Shown: positions 10,345 to 20,911, counted from the stretch's first letter. The stretch: 64,000 bases of DNA from an uncultured virus (IMG/VR IMGVR_UViG_3300042934_000869) (IMGVR_UViG_3300042934_000869); one strand, 5' to 3'. The notes: a model not told the origin generated them from the letters alone. Numbers and translations: made by a program.

Positions 10345-10361
10345 ACAAATACCTCCTTAAT

Positions 10362-10391
10362 AGTATAGGTAGGAGCCATGAAAGCTCCTAC
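10362..10391 (-). terminator. Stem-loop after the actin gene (possible terminator or RNA-stabilising hairpin)
   Basis: GTAGGAGC-N7-GCTCCTAC with a weak U-tract. Confidence 0.45.
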
Positions 10392-10401
10392 ATATTTAAC
10401 A

Positions 10402-11823
10402 CTATTCTTGAAGATCTTTACTCTCTACTTCTACACTTTTACTATCTAAATCTAAAGATATACTATCTGTAACTTCATCTGAAGCTACTTCAGCTTCAAC
10501 TTCTTCTTCATCTGAGAATACATATCCACTGTATTCAGTAAAGGCTTTGATTAGATTTCCAGCTGGTATATAATTATCCTCTAAAGTAACTATTTCTACC
10601 TCAGGTAAATCAGCTTTGATTAATTTGGATAGAGGTATTACTACGCTATATGAATCTGGTCTTGGTGTAGCTTTAGGATCTTCGATGGAGTCTTTCTCAT
10701 CAAGCTTTGGAAATACACTATTATTAAATAATCTTCCACTTAATACTATTAACTCTATCTGGTCTAAAGACATGTTTACTACTTTATCGAATACTTCTAT
10801 ACTTAATGAATTATAAAGAGTTCTAGCAAAATCATCTTGAACTTTTATAACTAAATCCGAAATGTCTATTATATTAGTACCCTTTTTGATAGTACCAGTC
10901 TTTAAAGCTTTAGATAAAATTGCGATATCTATTTCTCCACCACCAAACTTATCTCTATAAGCTTGCCCTAAATTCATAGCTAATTGAGTTCCTCCATACT
11001 TAAATGCTGTAGCTGCGTTGCTCTGTGATACTCCATTTATTAGAATATCTACTCCAGAAGACCTTCCGCCTCCGTCTAGACCTAAAGCATATTCTGGTAA
11101 ATCTCTCTCTTTCATAGCTAGATAAGCTTTAAGAGCTCCTTCAGGTTCTGTTTGTATAGCCGCTGCTTTTATATCTATTACTATCTCAATGCCATATACT
11201 TCAGATTTCCAAGTGTAAGAATTAACTAATCTCTTCAAGAAAACTTCTTTATTTAATACAGTAGTATCATCTGGTGGCAGAGATACTCCAGCATATACTT
11301 CATATGTTCTTTCTAATTTGCCTTTGTATTTTTGAATTAATGCGTAAGCTATAGAATCAATTATATTGATGTAGAAGCTAGACGTATTAATTTTTTGCTT
11401 CTTAGAACTTATTCTGTCTTCAGATTTGTTAGCAGAAGTAAGTTTGGTAGTTCTTAAAACTCTTACAGTATCAAAAAGAACATTTGATTCTAAACCATTC
11501 TTTTTTGGTATTATTATAGAGTCTAGATTGTCTCTTAGTTTTTCTGACTGAGGTTCTATTATCTCAGTTCCAGTTAGTGTAGCATGTGGAGAAGGAATTG
11601 CATATATTTCTTCTAGTGCTTCTTGTCCATCATCTTCATCCATTATTGTAACTCTACTTTGAGTTGAGCCACCATCTACACCTACTAGTATAGACTTTAC
11701 TGAATTTTCTTCTTTATTTACACTTACTTGATAAACTTCGTGTAATCCTTCTTCGTTAGTGTCGATCTCTACTTTAGCTTTTTCTGAAAGAGACCCTACC
11801 ATTTTCTTTTTAACTAAATCCAT
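10402..11823 (-). CDS. ParM/StbA-family actin-like ATPase
   Basis: Phosphate-1 VGVDGGSTQS, VSLPP, connect-1 QTEPEGA, phosphate-2 LGLDGGGRSS, adenosine-motif position VLSGR, acidic tail. Confidence 0.85.
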   Translation of the reverse strand: MDLVKKKMVGSLSEKAKVEIDTNEEGLHEVYQVSVNKEENSVKSILVGVDGGSTQSRVTIMDEDDGQEALEEIYAIPSPHATLTGTEIIEPQSEKLRDNLDSIIIPKKNGLESNVLFDTVRVLRTTKLTSANKSEDRISSKKQKINTSSFYINIIDSIAYALIQKYKGKLERTYEVYAGVSLPPDDTTVLNKEVFLKRLVNSYTWKSEVYGIEIVIDIKAAAIQTEPEGALKAYLAMKERDLPEYALGLDGGGRSSGVDILINGVSQSNAATAFKYGGTQLAMNLGQAYRDKFGGGEIDIAILSKALKTGTIKKGTNIIDISDLVIKVQDDFARTLYNSLSIEVFDKVVNMSLDQIELIVLSGRLFNNSVFPKLDEKDSIEDPKATPRPDSYSVVIPLSKLIKADLPEVEIVTLEDNYIPAGNLIKAFTEYSGYVFSDEEEVEAEVASDEVTDSISLDLDSKSVEVESKDLQE

Positions 11824-11905
11824 TTTTCTACCTCCTAAGTTAGGTCATTCGACCATTCGTGATTTACTGATAAAATTTTTTATATTATTTTTAACTCAAT
11901 ATTTC

Positions 11906-11943
11906 ATTATAATATAATACTATTTTAGATGTTATAAGGGATT
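11906..11943 (-). promoter_or_regulatory. Element-specific promoter-like motif, copy 2
   Basis: AATCCC-N21-TATATT(ATAAT) upstream of the actin gene. Confidence 0.5.
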
Positions 11944-13234
11944 AGGTCGCTCGGGGAATAACTGTGACTCGAGCTCTAACATAGTCAGTATCTCCAGATT
12001 TAAACTTATCTATAGTTGCCGAGCCATCTAATTGGAATCTCTTTTTTAATGTTTCCACTGAAGAATTAGTTTGCTCTTCAGACATAGCAAGTAAAGTAAC
12101 ATTAAAAATACCATTATTATATACGTAATTTGAGGCTCCTAAATCTCTAGTCTCTTTATAGATTAAACTTAAATCTTTAGCCGGAGATTTAGACATGTCA
12201 CCACTATAGTATTCAGTGGTTCTACTTGAGGTATTTACTCTATCTTCTAATACTCCTACTTTTTTCTCTAAAAGTTTTATTTCTCCTTTATAAAGGATAG
12301 AAAGGAATACACCTATTACTAATAGACACCCCATTACTATCAATCCAGCTGTTACTGCTATATTTATAAATTTGTTGTATTCTTCGTCTTGGTCTTTGAA
12401 GATTTCTGAAGGTTCTTCATTCCTAGTAAATTTTTTAGTTTTTCTATTACTGGGAATTTTGGTGTGTTTCTCAACCTCGTATTCATCTAAATCTTCTTCA
12501 AATTCAAACTCATTATCTTTAATTAAACTGTCTTCATCTAGGAATGTACTGTCTACCTGTTCGCTAGACCATTGAGCTTTGTTTTCTTCTGATGAAGCTT
12601 CTGATAGTAATAATTGTTTACCCTCTGTATCTAGACAGTATGGTACATGAGATAATGTAAATAATTCATCTTTTGATATCTTTTCAAAATTCTTTAGAGC
12701 ACCTCTTAACTCAATATAATTCACAGAATCTTGAACTGCTATTACTGGATATGGATAAGATTTCATAAAGGTTCCAATCACACTCTGTAAATTAGATTTA
12801 GAACTTTTCCTAAAATCCTTTATTATTCCATTATCAATATATGACACTGAATAATCATTTAAATGATTATCTACTACTAATATTTTACCCTCCTTTCTAA
12901 ATTTATTTGCTATGTAATCATAATAATTTATAATTCTACAATCCTCTATACCTAGAGTATTACATAATTCTGAAAAGAAACTTATGTCATCTTCTTTTAT
13001 AATAAATGGAACTTTAACATGGTTCATAGTTATGTTGGATAGTTTGTATCCATCCTTTACCATTTCTGTAACTAGAGTTCCTTGACACAATATTATTAAT
13101 TTATCTATGTTGTTGTTGTACAGATACTTAGATATCTCTGATACCTTATTTACTTTTGCTCTTAATACTAACTGATCTTTTGCTATTATCGAGAACGACA
13201 TAGTATTAGTTAGCTTAACTATACATACTCTCAT
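11942..13234 (-). CDS. Bitopic membrane protein with GspL / PilM-PilN-like architecture
   Basis: Large N-terminal alpha/beta domain, acidic linker, one TM (IAVTAGLIVMGCLLVIGVFLSIL), coiled coil and small C-terminal alpha/beta domain; downstream of the PilB-like ATPase. Confidence 0.5.
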   Translation of the reverse strand: MRVCIVKLTNTMSFSIIAKDQLVLRAKVNKVSEISKYLYNNNIDKLIILCQGTLVTEMVKDGYKLSNITMNHVKVPFIIKEDDISFFSELCNTLGIEDCRIINYYDYIANKFRKEGKILVVDNHLNDYSVSYIDNGIIKDFRKSSKSNLQSVIGTFMKSYPYPVIAVQDSVNYIELRGALKNFEKISKDELFTLSHVPYCLDTEGKQLLLSEASSEENKAQWSSEQVDSTFLDEDSLIKDNEFEFEEDLDEYEVEKHTKIPSNRKTKKFTRNEEPSEIFKDQDEEYNKFINIAVTAGLIVMGCLLVIGVFLSILYKGEIKLLEKKVGVLEDRVNTSSRTTEYYSGDMSKSPAKDLSLIYKETRDLGASNYVYNNGIFNVTLLAMSEEQTNSSVETLKKRFQLDGSATIDKFKSGDTDYVRARVTVIPRAT

Positions 13235-13235
13235 A

Positions 13236-13691
13236 CTAATCCCCCTTTACTAAGACCCTTAAAGTTATTACGTCTTCTTCGATACTTAGACTCTGATAAG
13301 ATAAATTCTTGTCTTCTAAATACTCTAGTGACTTACCTACATCTGAAGATCGTAAACTAAATTCTATAAGGGCGCTGTTTTGTATGTTAGCAATTTCATC
13401 CATTGAATACTGTTTTACTGTATCCATAGATTTAGTATCAGGGTTAACTTCTACTATTAATTTTACTTCGGATAACCCATCAATTCCTCTGATAATAGTA
13501 CTTACTTCTTTTGGTGAGGTTATAGAGTTATTAGTATTAATTGGAGACATTATTCTAGATCTTAGAGACTCATAATTAGTTTTTACTTCTTTATATCTTA
13601 AATAGGTTTTTAAACCAATTACTATAGAAACTGAACCAAGTATCACTGACAAAGCAAGTATTACTAACTTCATTTTTAACTTTTTGTTCAT
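13236..13691 (-). CDS. Bitopic membrane protein with PilO/GspM-like architecture
   Basis: Basic N-terminus, TM, short coiled coil, then a small alpha/beta domain; adjacent to the GspL-like gene. Confidence 0.45.
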   Translation of the reverse strand: MNKKLKMKLVILALSVILGSVSIVIGLKTYLRYKEVKTNYESLRSRIMSPINTNNSITSPKEVSTIIRGIDGLSEVKLIVEVNPDTKSMDTVKQYSMDEIANIQNSALIEFSLRSSDVGKSLEYLEDKNLSYQSLSIEEDVITLRVLVKGD

Positions 13692-13700
13692 ATAAACCTC

Positions 13701-14147
13701 CTATCTTATGCTGATGATATTGGTATCATCTACTTCATCTGAGAAATCTATATCAGCTGAGGCTTGAGATTTACTTTTTGTTATGTGTGAATCTTTCTGC
13801 TCTTCACCTATTATCCAAGGTATTAGCATTTTACCTGCTTCTATCAAGGCTATTGAGTTAGTTATAAATATATCTATTTGCTTTGGATTTGTTACTGTAT
13901 CAGACATTACAAATGTATTTAAAACTACCCGTTTTCTAGTATTTCTATCTGTAGACACTACATTATGCTCATCTATACTAGATCCAAAATCCAGCTCATC
14001 TCTAGAATTATCTTTACTGACTTTAAAGTTTCTTTTTTCAGGTTCTCTTTTTTTACTCAGTAATCCTTCTAGAAATCCCTTTTTCTCTGTTGATTTTTTG
14101 GGTTTATTTTCTTTTTTCTTTGACTTATTACTTGAAAATCCTGGCAT
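13701..14147 (-). CDS. Hypothetical protein (148 aa, Lys-rich N-terminus)
   Basis: RBS AAGGAGG; lies between the PilB-like ATPase and the membrane genes. Confidence 0.7.
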   Translation of the reverse strand: MPGFSSNKSKKKENKPKKSTEKKGFLEGLLSKKREPEKRNFKVSKDNSRDELDFGSSIDEHNVVSTDRNTRKRVVLNTFVMSDTVTNPKQIDIFITNSIALIEAGKMLIPWIIGEEQKDSHITKSKSQASADIDFSDEVDDTNIISIR

Positions 14148-14161
14148 TCTAATCTACCTCC

Positions 14162-15787
14162 TTATTGTAGTTTTTTAAAGTCACTCGGGTCTAGCTTACC
14201 TTCTTTTATAGACTTTGCTATAAAGTATTCCATAGTAGATTTACTATCGTTTAATAATTTTTTTATATAATCTTCCATATCATATGCAGTCTCACATTTC
14301 AGTAAATTGGATTTTACTTCATCTGTAAATTCTAAAAATTCTGCATATGGCTGAACTTTTCTTGCTCTACCTGTTCCTCCACAACTCAAACATCCTTCAG
14401 CTTTTTTAAATGTTACTATATTATGCTTATCCATTAAATTAAGTATTCCATCACTGAATTCTCTACTTTCTGTTAATTTACAGCATTCTTGACATAACTC
14501 TACAAACATCTTTTGATTACATACACCATTTATTTGTGTTATTAAATCTTTATAAGATTCTCCAAAGTAGTCTTTAAGTTTATATGGTAGATGCCACAAT
14601 CTATTTATATGAAATGTTGTCATGACATAAACTGATGAATTTACTAAATCATATATAGCGTCTGCTACTTGTTTGTCTGGTAATTCGTTTATTATGGATA
14701 CATCTATATCTTCTTTCTTCGCTAGATTAACTAAATTAAGAAGTTTCTCCCTACTGTCTGAGTAATCTATTTGTTCAAATCTCATACTTATCTCTATAGG
14801 AGATGAGTACTCTTTAAACTTAATAGGTCTTGCAGTCATACTATTTACTATTGCCGTCATAGTTGTTCCTTTACCAGTTCTCTTCTTACCAGTTATTAGA
14901 GTTAATCCACTTTCTCTGTCAGACATCTCATATAAGAAATTTACTACAGGTCCTGAAAAGCCAAGCTCATCTATCTTCTTTCCAGTAGTACTTTTTGTCT
15001 GTATTCTTGTTACACATGTATATCCTACTTGAGTTTTAGAGCAAGTAATTCTTAGGTCTACTTCGTTATCATCAAACACATTTATCCACGACGCTTTAAC
15101 TCCATTTGATGAGTTAAGATCTGTTATAACACCAAATGTTCTTTTATTAACTATTTCAGTTATCATTTGATTTGAGAAATCTTTATTTAGCTTGAATCTA
15201 GGTTGCTCTATATAATCATTCAGTATTCTATAGAAAATGTAGCAATTATTATCTTGTATATTATTTACTATATGTATATCGGAAGCATGATTATCTATAG
15301 CGTCATATACTACTCTCTTGAAATATATTAAATGGTCATACAAATTATATTTGTAAGAATCACCTAGATTCAAAATCTCCCAGTTTAGAGGTGTTACTTG
15401 GAATATGTCTACATCATATTCTTGAAAGTGTATAGATATACTTTGATCTATTCTTTCTTCGAACATATCATGTACTAGAGTTAACTTACCTCTTATACCT
15501 TCCTTTGCACTACCTTCTGTAAGAGAATGTACTAGGTATCTGCCATTTATTATTTTGTGTATTTCATTAGCTATCTCTCTGGGCTGTATTGCATGCTCAC
15601 AATCTAATAACCTATACGTACCGTCTTCATTTAAATTATTTATTATAGAGCTTCTATCAACTAAATTATATAACTCTATATTTAGTAGGGCATCCCTGTC
15701 ATTATCTAATCTACTTCCATCATCTAAATCTCTTACTATTGATGGATATTTTTTAGAGCTTTTCTCTATTAATTCTAGTACACTCAC
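14162..15787 (-). CDS. PilB/GspE-family secretion or pilus-assembly ATPase (divergent)
   Basis: ASDIHI, YRI, DLRI, ELGF, Walker A GKKRTGKGTT, His box TTFH, NQKM, zinc cysteines LCQEC..GCLSCGGTG. Confidence 0.85.
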   Translation of the reverse strand: MSVLELIEKSSKKYPSIVRDLDDGSRLDNDRDALLNIELYNLVDRSSIINNLNEDGTYRLLDCEHAIQPREIANEIHKIINGRYLVHSLTEGSAKEGIRGKLTLVHDMFEERIDQSISIHFQEYDVDIFQVTPLNWEILNLGDSYKYNLYDHLIYFKRVVYDAIDNHASDIHIVNNIQDNNCYIFYRILNDYIEQPRFKLNKDFSNQMITEIVNKRTFGVITDLNSSNGVKASWINVFDDNEVDLRITCSKTQVGYTCVTRIQTKSTTGKKIDELGFSGPVVNFLYEMSDRESGLTLITGKKRTGKGTTMTAIVNSMTARPIKFKEYSSPIEISMRFEQIDYSDSREKLLNLVNLAKKEDIDVSIINELPDKQVADAIYDLVNSSVYVMTTFHINRLWHLPYKLKDYFGESYKDLITQINGVCNQKMFVELCQECCKLTESREFSDGILNLMDKHNIVTFKKAEGCLSCGGTGRARKVQPYAEFLEFTDEVKSNLLKCETAYDMEDYIKKLLNDSKSTMEYFIAKSIKEGKLDPSDFKKLQ

Positions 15788-16527
15788 AGTCTACCCTCCT
15801 TTATTAATCTAAATAAGCTTTGATATAATTGCTTATCTTCTTCTTTATCAACACTATTTATTAATGAATTTATTAAGTTTTCATTACTTATCTCATTACT
15901 GTATTTTCTTCTTATCTGTGTAGACCTTAAGAGATACAGTATTGAGTCTTTTTCCTTATCCAATATACTAAGTAATGGGTCATTGAATATAGCTCTCTTT
16001 TCATCTGGAGCATTTATAATTTCTTCTTTAAGCATATCTATTCTGCTATCTAGTATCGGAATATAGTACTTATCATTGCTAGTATAGTCTACTGGATTTA
16101 AAACTTCTTTTTGATTAAATTCTTCATATGGATTAAATCTGTCTTTTATGATTGTACCATATATTGATCTTTTTATATCTGTATCTGTCATGCTCTCTAA
16201 ATCAGTATATACGTATAGGTTCAAGTTGTGTATCTCGGTATTGTCAATTAATGTATCAATTCCATCTTTAAAGAAGCTACATATCACTACGGGCATTTTG
16301 GTACATATACTATTTAGTTTATTTATAAAATCACTAAGTGGAGTTAGGTTTTCAGGAAGTAAGTCAAATACTAACGCTACTCCTAATATATCATCAATAT
16401 TAGTGTAGGCTAAATTCTTCATACCTTGTTCAATACTGTGGTATCCTTTAACCATAAAGCTAAAATCACCTGATTCTTCAATCATAGGAACTAGGTAATC
16501 TGGGCTGACTACATAAACGTATTTCAT
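15784..16527 (-). CDS. Protein with an atypical receiver-like N-terminal domain
   Basis: VKGYHSIEQGMKNL..GVALVFDLLP..MPVVICS resembles a REC fold. Likely start MKYV at 16527, coupled to the recJ stop by TAATG. Confidence 0.5.
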   Translation of the reverse strand: MKYVYVVSPDYLVPMIEESGDFSFMVKGYHSIEQGMKNLAYTNIDDILGVALVFDLLPENLTPLSDFINKLNSICTKMPVVICSFFKDGIDTLIDNTEIHNLNLYVYTDLESMTDTDIKRSIYGTIIKDRFNPYEEFNQKEVLNPVDYTSNDKYYIPILDSRIDMLKEEIINAPDEKRAIFNDPLLSILDKEKDSILYLLRSTQIRRKYSNEISNENLINSLINSVDKEEDKQLYQSLFRLIKEGRL

Positions 16528-18062
16528 TATAAAGACACACAACTATTCATTGCTATTAGTCTTATGCTTGAAGACTTTACTGGCTTTATTTTTATTCTGC
16601 TTCCTGATATTAGTAATGAATTACTTTCTACTGAATGGGTTCCCCACTTATATTTATAGTTATAAGATTTAGAATAATTCTTACTGCATACTAGATTATT
16701 TTTCTTTGTTATAATAGCTATAGGTGCATTAATACCCGAGAATTCATTGTATGTAGCTATGTGCTCAACTAGTGAAATATCTGGCATTGATTCATCATGC
16801 TCTATTATTATAGGTTCTTGAACTCCTAGTATATAGAATTTTTTATCTATTTTTTCTTTTAAGTAATATATAAATTCATGATAATCTTTGTAACTTAAAC
16901 TTATTCCAAAGGCCGAAGGGTGCCCGTCTGACTTACAGAACTGCTTAAACACTTTTAGATAATTTCTCGACATGTTATCTCTGAAACTACCCTTTATCCC
17001 CTTTCCTGTATCACAAAGCACTACACAAGGTTTACCGTACTCTTGTGATAGATTATTAGCCACCAGCCCAGTGTAGTTATATAGTTTATTCATTGATATA
17101 GAAACGTTACATGAACCTAGATTTGCTATAACTATATTGTCTAGATTTTCTCTTACTACTATATCTGTTACTGTACTTATTAGACTTCTTTTTTCTTCAT
17201 GTATATTGTTTATTCTTTCTAATATATTTCTAGTTTCTTCATAATTACTTTTTCTAAACATATATCTATTTAATAATTCTAGCTCTTCTGCTCTGAATAA
17301 TGAGTTTATTTTAGGAACAAAACTGAATTCTATAAATCTTCTAGAAAAGGTATTATAGTCTTTTAAGTAATGATTTACTTCTCTAGGTAGTTCACTTTTA
17401 TCTAAAGACATAGCCATATAGTATATGCTTCTGTTTAGGTCTTTAGTCATATCTATACTATCAGAATATAATGTTATTAAAGCATATGCAGATAACTGTT
17501 TATATGGCATATTTCTATCCATTAAATATTTAGAACATAAAACGAATACTAGTGCTCCACAGCTTAGTGTATACATATCTTTTCTTCTGATTATATTCTC
17601 CATCATTGTATTTATTAATATACAATTTTCTGGGTAAACTTCTAAAGTATAGTTTGGAAAATGATGGTCTAGTACTACGACATTTACTCCAAAATTGCAT
17701 AACTTGTTTATATTAGGTAAATCATTAGTGGAAGAATCGATTATAAATATGTAATCATATCTTCCGTATATAGCGTAATTAACTGCTTCATTTGTGATAG
17801 AATGTGTACGAATTTTGTATTCGTAAAACTCGTAGTTCGTGTATCCTAATCTATTAAATGTCTCTATTAGTATTTTAGAACCAAATGCTCCATCTGGGTC
17901 TGAGTCTCCATGTATTAGAACTCTTAAATTCATATCAATAATTTGAGAGATTGCATTAAACAATCTCTCATCATTTGTAAACCCTTCATAGTTAAAACTT
18001 GGAATCTCTAAAACTTCTGATAACTCTAACTCTTTTAATTTCTCTAAAAATTTATTACTCAT
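16527..18062 (-). CDS. recJ: RecJ-like DHH-family ssDNA exonuclease
   Basis: IHGDSDPDG, IIDSS, VLDHH, PKINS..R, KGSFR, GHPSAFG. Confidence 0.9.
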   Translation of the reverse strand: MSNKFLEKLKELELSEVLEIPSFNYEGFTNDERLFNAISQIIDMNLRVLIHGDSDPDGAFGSKILIETFNRLGYTNYEFYEYKIRTHSITNEAVNYAIYGRYDYIFIIDSSTNDLPNINKLCNFGVNVVVLDHHFPNYTLEVYPENCILINTMMENIIRRKDMYTLSCGALVFVLCSKYLMDRNMPYKQLSAYALITLYSDSIDMTKDLNRSIYYMAMSLDKSELPREVNHYLKDYNTFSRRFIEFSFVPKINSLFRAEELELLNRYMFRKSNYEETRNILERINNIHEEKRSLISTVTDIVVRENLDNIVIANLGSCNVSISMNKLYNYTGLVANNLSQEYGKPCVVLCDTGKGIKGSFRDNMSRNYLKVFKQFCKSDGHPSAFGISLSYKDYHEFIYYLKEKIDKKFYILGVQEPIIIEHDESMPDISLVEHIATYNEFSGINAPIAIITKKNNLVCSKNYSKSYNYKYKWGTHSVESNSLLISGSRIKIKPVKSSSIRLIAMNSCVSL

Positions 18063-20467
18063 CTAAAAAATCTATCTCTAAGAGATTGTCTGAAGTTATT
18101 AGTCTTTGGTAGATTCTCGACACCTACCTTAACAACTTCCTCTAACTTTACAGGTTCAGCTCCTTCCTCCTGTATGACTACTACTCCTGAGACATCCTCC
18201 TTTCTTTCTATTTCATTTTCATTGGTTTTAACTACTTCTTCATCTATCTTAAGAGAAACTATTTCATGATCTAATGCTACCTCATCTTCTATACTGTATG
18301 AGTGAGTAGTCTTGTTTAGTATACCACTAGATAGTATGTCTGATATGTAGATAGATGGGTCTATTTTATCATAGTACATGGTGAGATTATCAATAGTTCT
18401 TGTTATAGCTACATACAATAATCTTGTCTCACACTCTTTTAAATTATCCTTAACCTCTTGAGGATAGTCTTTAGAGTCTATGAATACGGTGTTTGGGAAT
18501 ATAGATTCTTTTAAATCCATTATTATAACATTCTTAAATCCTAGTCCTTTTAATGAGTGAAAGGTAGATAATGATACACCTCTTTTAGACTTTTGGTCGC
18601 TTTGTATTATTGATAATTGCCTTTCATATTCATTATACAGTTCTGGAAATGTCTTACTTGTATTGAAAAAATCTCTTATACTTTCAGTAAACTCTATATC
18701 TTCCTCTATACTTAATTTTTGAAATCTTACTACTGAGTCCCAATAATAATCTTTTATACTAGCTATTAAGTCATTTATATATAAATTTACTGGAGCCTTA
18801 TCTATATTCTCAGATATTACTCTTATATACTTTAAAGAATTATTAAATTGATTATTGTAGGTTTTTGTATTAAAATTTATTTCTTCAAATAATATATTAT
18901 CTTTCTTATCAGTTGGAATCAAAGTGTCTGGGTCTAGATTTAAAGACATTGCCATCTCTTTCTTATTAATAGGAAGACACTTATGTAAGTTGTAAAACAT
19001 CTTTTTATGAACTCCTATCTGCAAAGCTCTTAATATATCCATAACTGCTCTGAATAATCCATATGAATATGGTTTTACTCCTGATAATATATTAAAATGT
19101 ATCTCTCTTTCTAATAACTGATTTACAAGTATATTAGATGAACTTTTATTCCTGTAGCATATACAAGTATTTTCTCTTTCTTCTTCACTCATATACTCTA
19201 GTTGATTCATTATAGATATCAGTTCACCTTTTCTATCAGAGTATCCTTGTAAAACAATATTACCATTTGGTTTCTTAGATTTTATGATTTTTTCATATCT
19301 ATTTTTATTTTTACTTATTACGTAAGAACCTAAAGATACTACATTCTCTGGACATCTTCTATTAGTTCTTAATAAGAATACTTTACCATCTGGAAATATT
19401 TTTTGGAAATCTAACATAATATCACTATCTGCTCCTCTAAAAGCAAATATAGATTGGTCGTCATCTCCTATAAATGTGACTGGTGAGTTTTCAAATAACA
19501 CTCTTAAAGTTTCTCTCATTATAGGTGTTAAATCTTGAACTTCGTCTGCAGTAACATACTCATATAGATTATTTATACGTAATATTACTTCTTCTGATAG
19601 TCTTGGAGTTGTATACACTTCTTCTCCATTTGTATTCTTTATCTTAGTATCAAATCCTCCAGTTATTAATTGATTGAACACTGTTAATGAGTCTGTATGA
19701 TCGTATCTTTTCTTTCTTCTTTTTACTCTATCATAAACTCCAAAACACTCTTCTATAAAATCTTTATCAAGTCTTAAATCTATAAATTTGTCAGTTCCAT
19801 CAATGCTATCGAATCCTGTCATTCTTTCTCTCATATAGTTATACAAACCTAAAAGTGTATTTATATTTACTTCTTCTAACTTTACTTTTCCTTCGTAATC
19901 TTCTATTACTGAATTTACAGCACTTGTCATAAGCGAGTTTTTGGAATCATCATCCATTAATTTAAATCCGTTCATATCACATTGAAATGAATATTCTCTT
20001 ATCCACATCCCACAAAATGCATGCATTGTATATACCTGTAAGTTGTCGTCTAAATTATCTATTCCCTTTATCATACTTCTTTTTAATTTATATATTAACT
20101 CAGAATGTCTTTCTTGTATATCTTTAACATTGCTATTTCCATAAACTAAAGATAGTATATTGTTACCTTTTATTTTTCCTTCTCTAAGTCTGGATTTTCT
20201 GCATAATTTTTGTATAACTATTTTAGCATTTACTGTACTTGTTTTGGCTCCACCTGCAGGAGCTAATATTAACTGTTTTTCACTTTCATCAAGTAAAGCT
20301 AAAAGTAAATCCTTCTCTAAATCATATCCAAATATATCATACAGTATTTTTACAATTTTATATCTATTAATTGCTGGGGCACATAAAGGATTTGGGGTAG
20401 ACATTTTTATTATATCATCTACTGATAATTCGTCTATATTTTCTCCTACTACTTTTAAATTTTTCAT
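18059..20467 (-). CDS. UvrD/PcrA-family SF1 helicase
   Basis: APAGGAKT (atypical Walker A), TMHAF, DEVQD, GDDDQSIFAFRGA, TNRRC, TFHSLKGL, RLLYVAITR. Confidence 0.92.
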   Translation of the reverse strand: MKNLKVVGENIDELSVDDIIKMSTPNPLCAPAINRYKIVKILYDIFGYDLEKDLLLALLDESEKQLILAPAGGAKTSTVNAKIVIQKLCRKSRLREGKIKGNNILSLVYGNSNVKDIQERHSELIYKLKRSMIKGIDNLDDNLQVYTMHAFCGMWIREYSFQCDMNGFKLMDDDSKNSLMTSAVNSVIEDYEGKVKLEEVNINTLLGLYNYMRERMTGFDSIDGTDKFIDLRLDKDFIEECFGVYDRVKRRKKRYDHTDSLTVFNQLITGGFDTKIKNTNGEEVYTTPRLSEEVILRINNLYEYVTADEVQDLTPIMRETLRVLFENSPVTFIGDDDQSIFAFRGADSDIMLDFQKIFPDGKVFLLRTNRRCPENVVSLGSYVISKNKNRYEKIIKSKKPNGNIVLQGYSDRKGELISIMNQLEYMSEEERENTCICYRNKSSSNILVNQLLEREIHFNILSGVKPYSYGLFRAVMDILRALQIGVHKKMFYNLHKCLPINKKEMAMSLNLDPDTLIPTDKKDNILFEEINFNTKTYNNQFNNSLKYIRVISENIDKAPVNLYINDLIASIKDYYWDSVVRFQKLSIEEDIEFTESIRDFFNTSKTFPELYNEYERQLSIIQSDQKSKRGVSLSTFHSLKGLGFKNVIIMDLKESIFPNTVFIDSKDYPQEVKDNLKECETRLLYVAITRTIDNLTMYYDKIDPSIYISDILSSGILNKTTHSYSIEDEVALDHEIVSLKIDEEVVKTNENEIERKEDVSGVVVIQEEGAEPVKLEEVVKVGVENLPKTNNFRQSLRDRFFR

Positions 20468-20468
20468 A

Positions 20469-20885
20469 CTATACCTCCTGAGGAAGATAGTAAAATTTAT
20501 CTGTCTTTGAGTTGTAATATAAATTTTCTTTATTCTCTATTAATAACATAGTGTTACTGCAGTCTAGTAATTCTAGACTATTAACTATATCATAGTTATT
20601 TTTTATTGATTTAGTATATCTTTTATTTTTATAAGATACCAATTCTTTTATAGAGTCAAGAAATTCCTCTGACTCTTCCTTAGTATCAAATGTTCCTATG
20701 CATACAGAATTCATAGGTGCCGCACATAATCTTATAATTTTATCTCCTAATCTCTCAGATTCTATAAGTATGTCCTTACCTATTAATGCTGTAATTCCTT
20801 TGTCTTCTAAATGTTTAAAGTAAACTCTATATTTCTGTGATTGAGTTGCTTTAAAGATATCTTTGTAGATAGTTGCTTTATTCAT
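20469..20885 (-). CDS. Hypothetical protein (138 aa)
   Basis: AGGAG RBS; first gene after a structured intergenic region. Confidence 0.7.
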   Translation of the reverse strand: MNKATIYKDIFKATQSQKYRVYFKHLEDKGITALIGKDILIESERLGDKIIRLCAAPMNSVCIGTFDTKEESEEFLDSIKELVSYKNKRYTKSIKNNYDIVNSLELLDCSNTMLLIENKENLYYNSKTDKFYYLPQEV

Positions 20886-20911
20886 ATTGATTCTCCTATA
20901 CTATTTAGTAT

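Noticed and set aside
11824..11941. parC centromere upstream of the actin gene
   Set aside because: Only a short CATTCG duplication and AT-rich sequence; no iterated repeat array.
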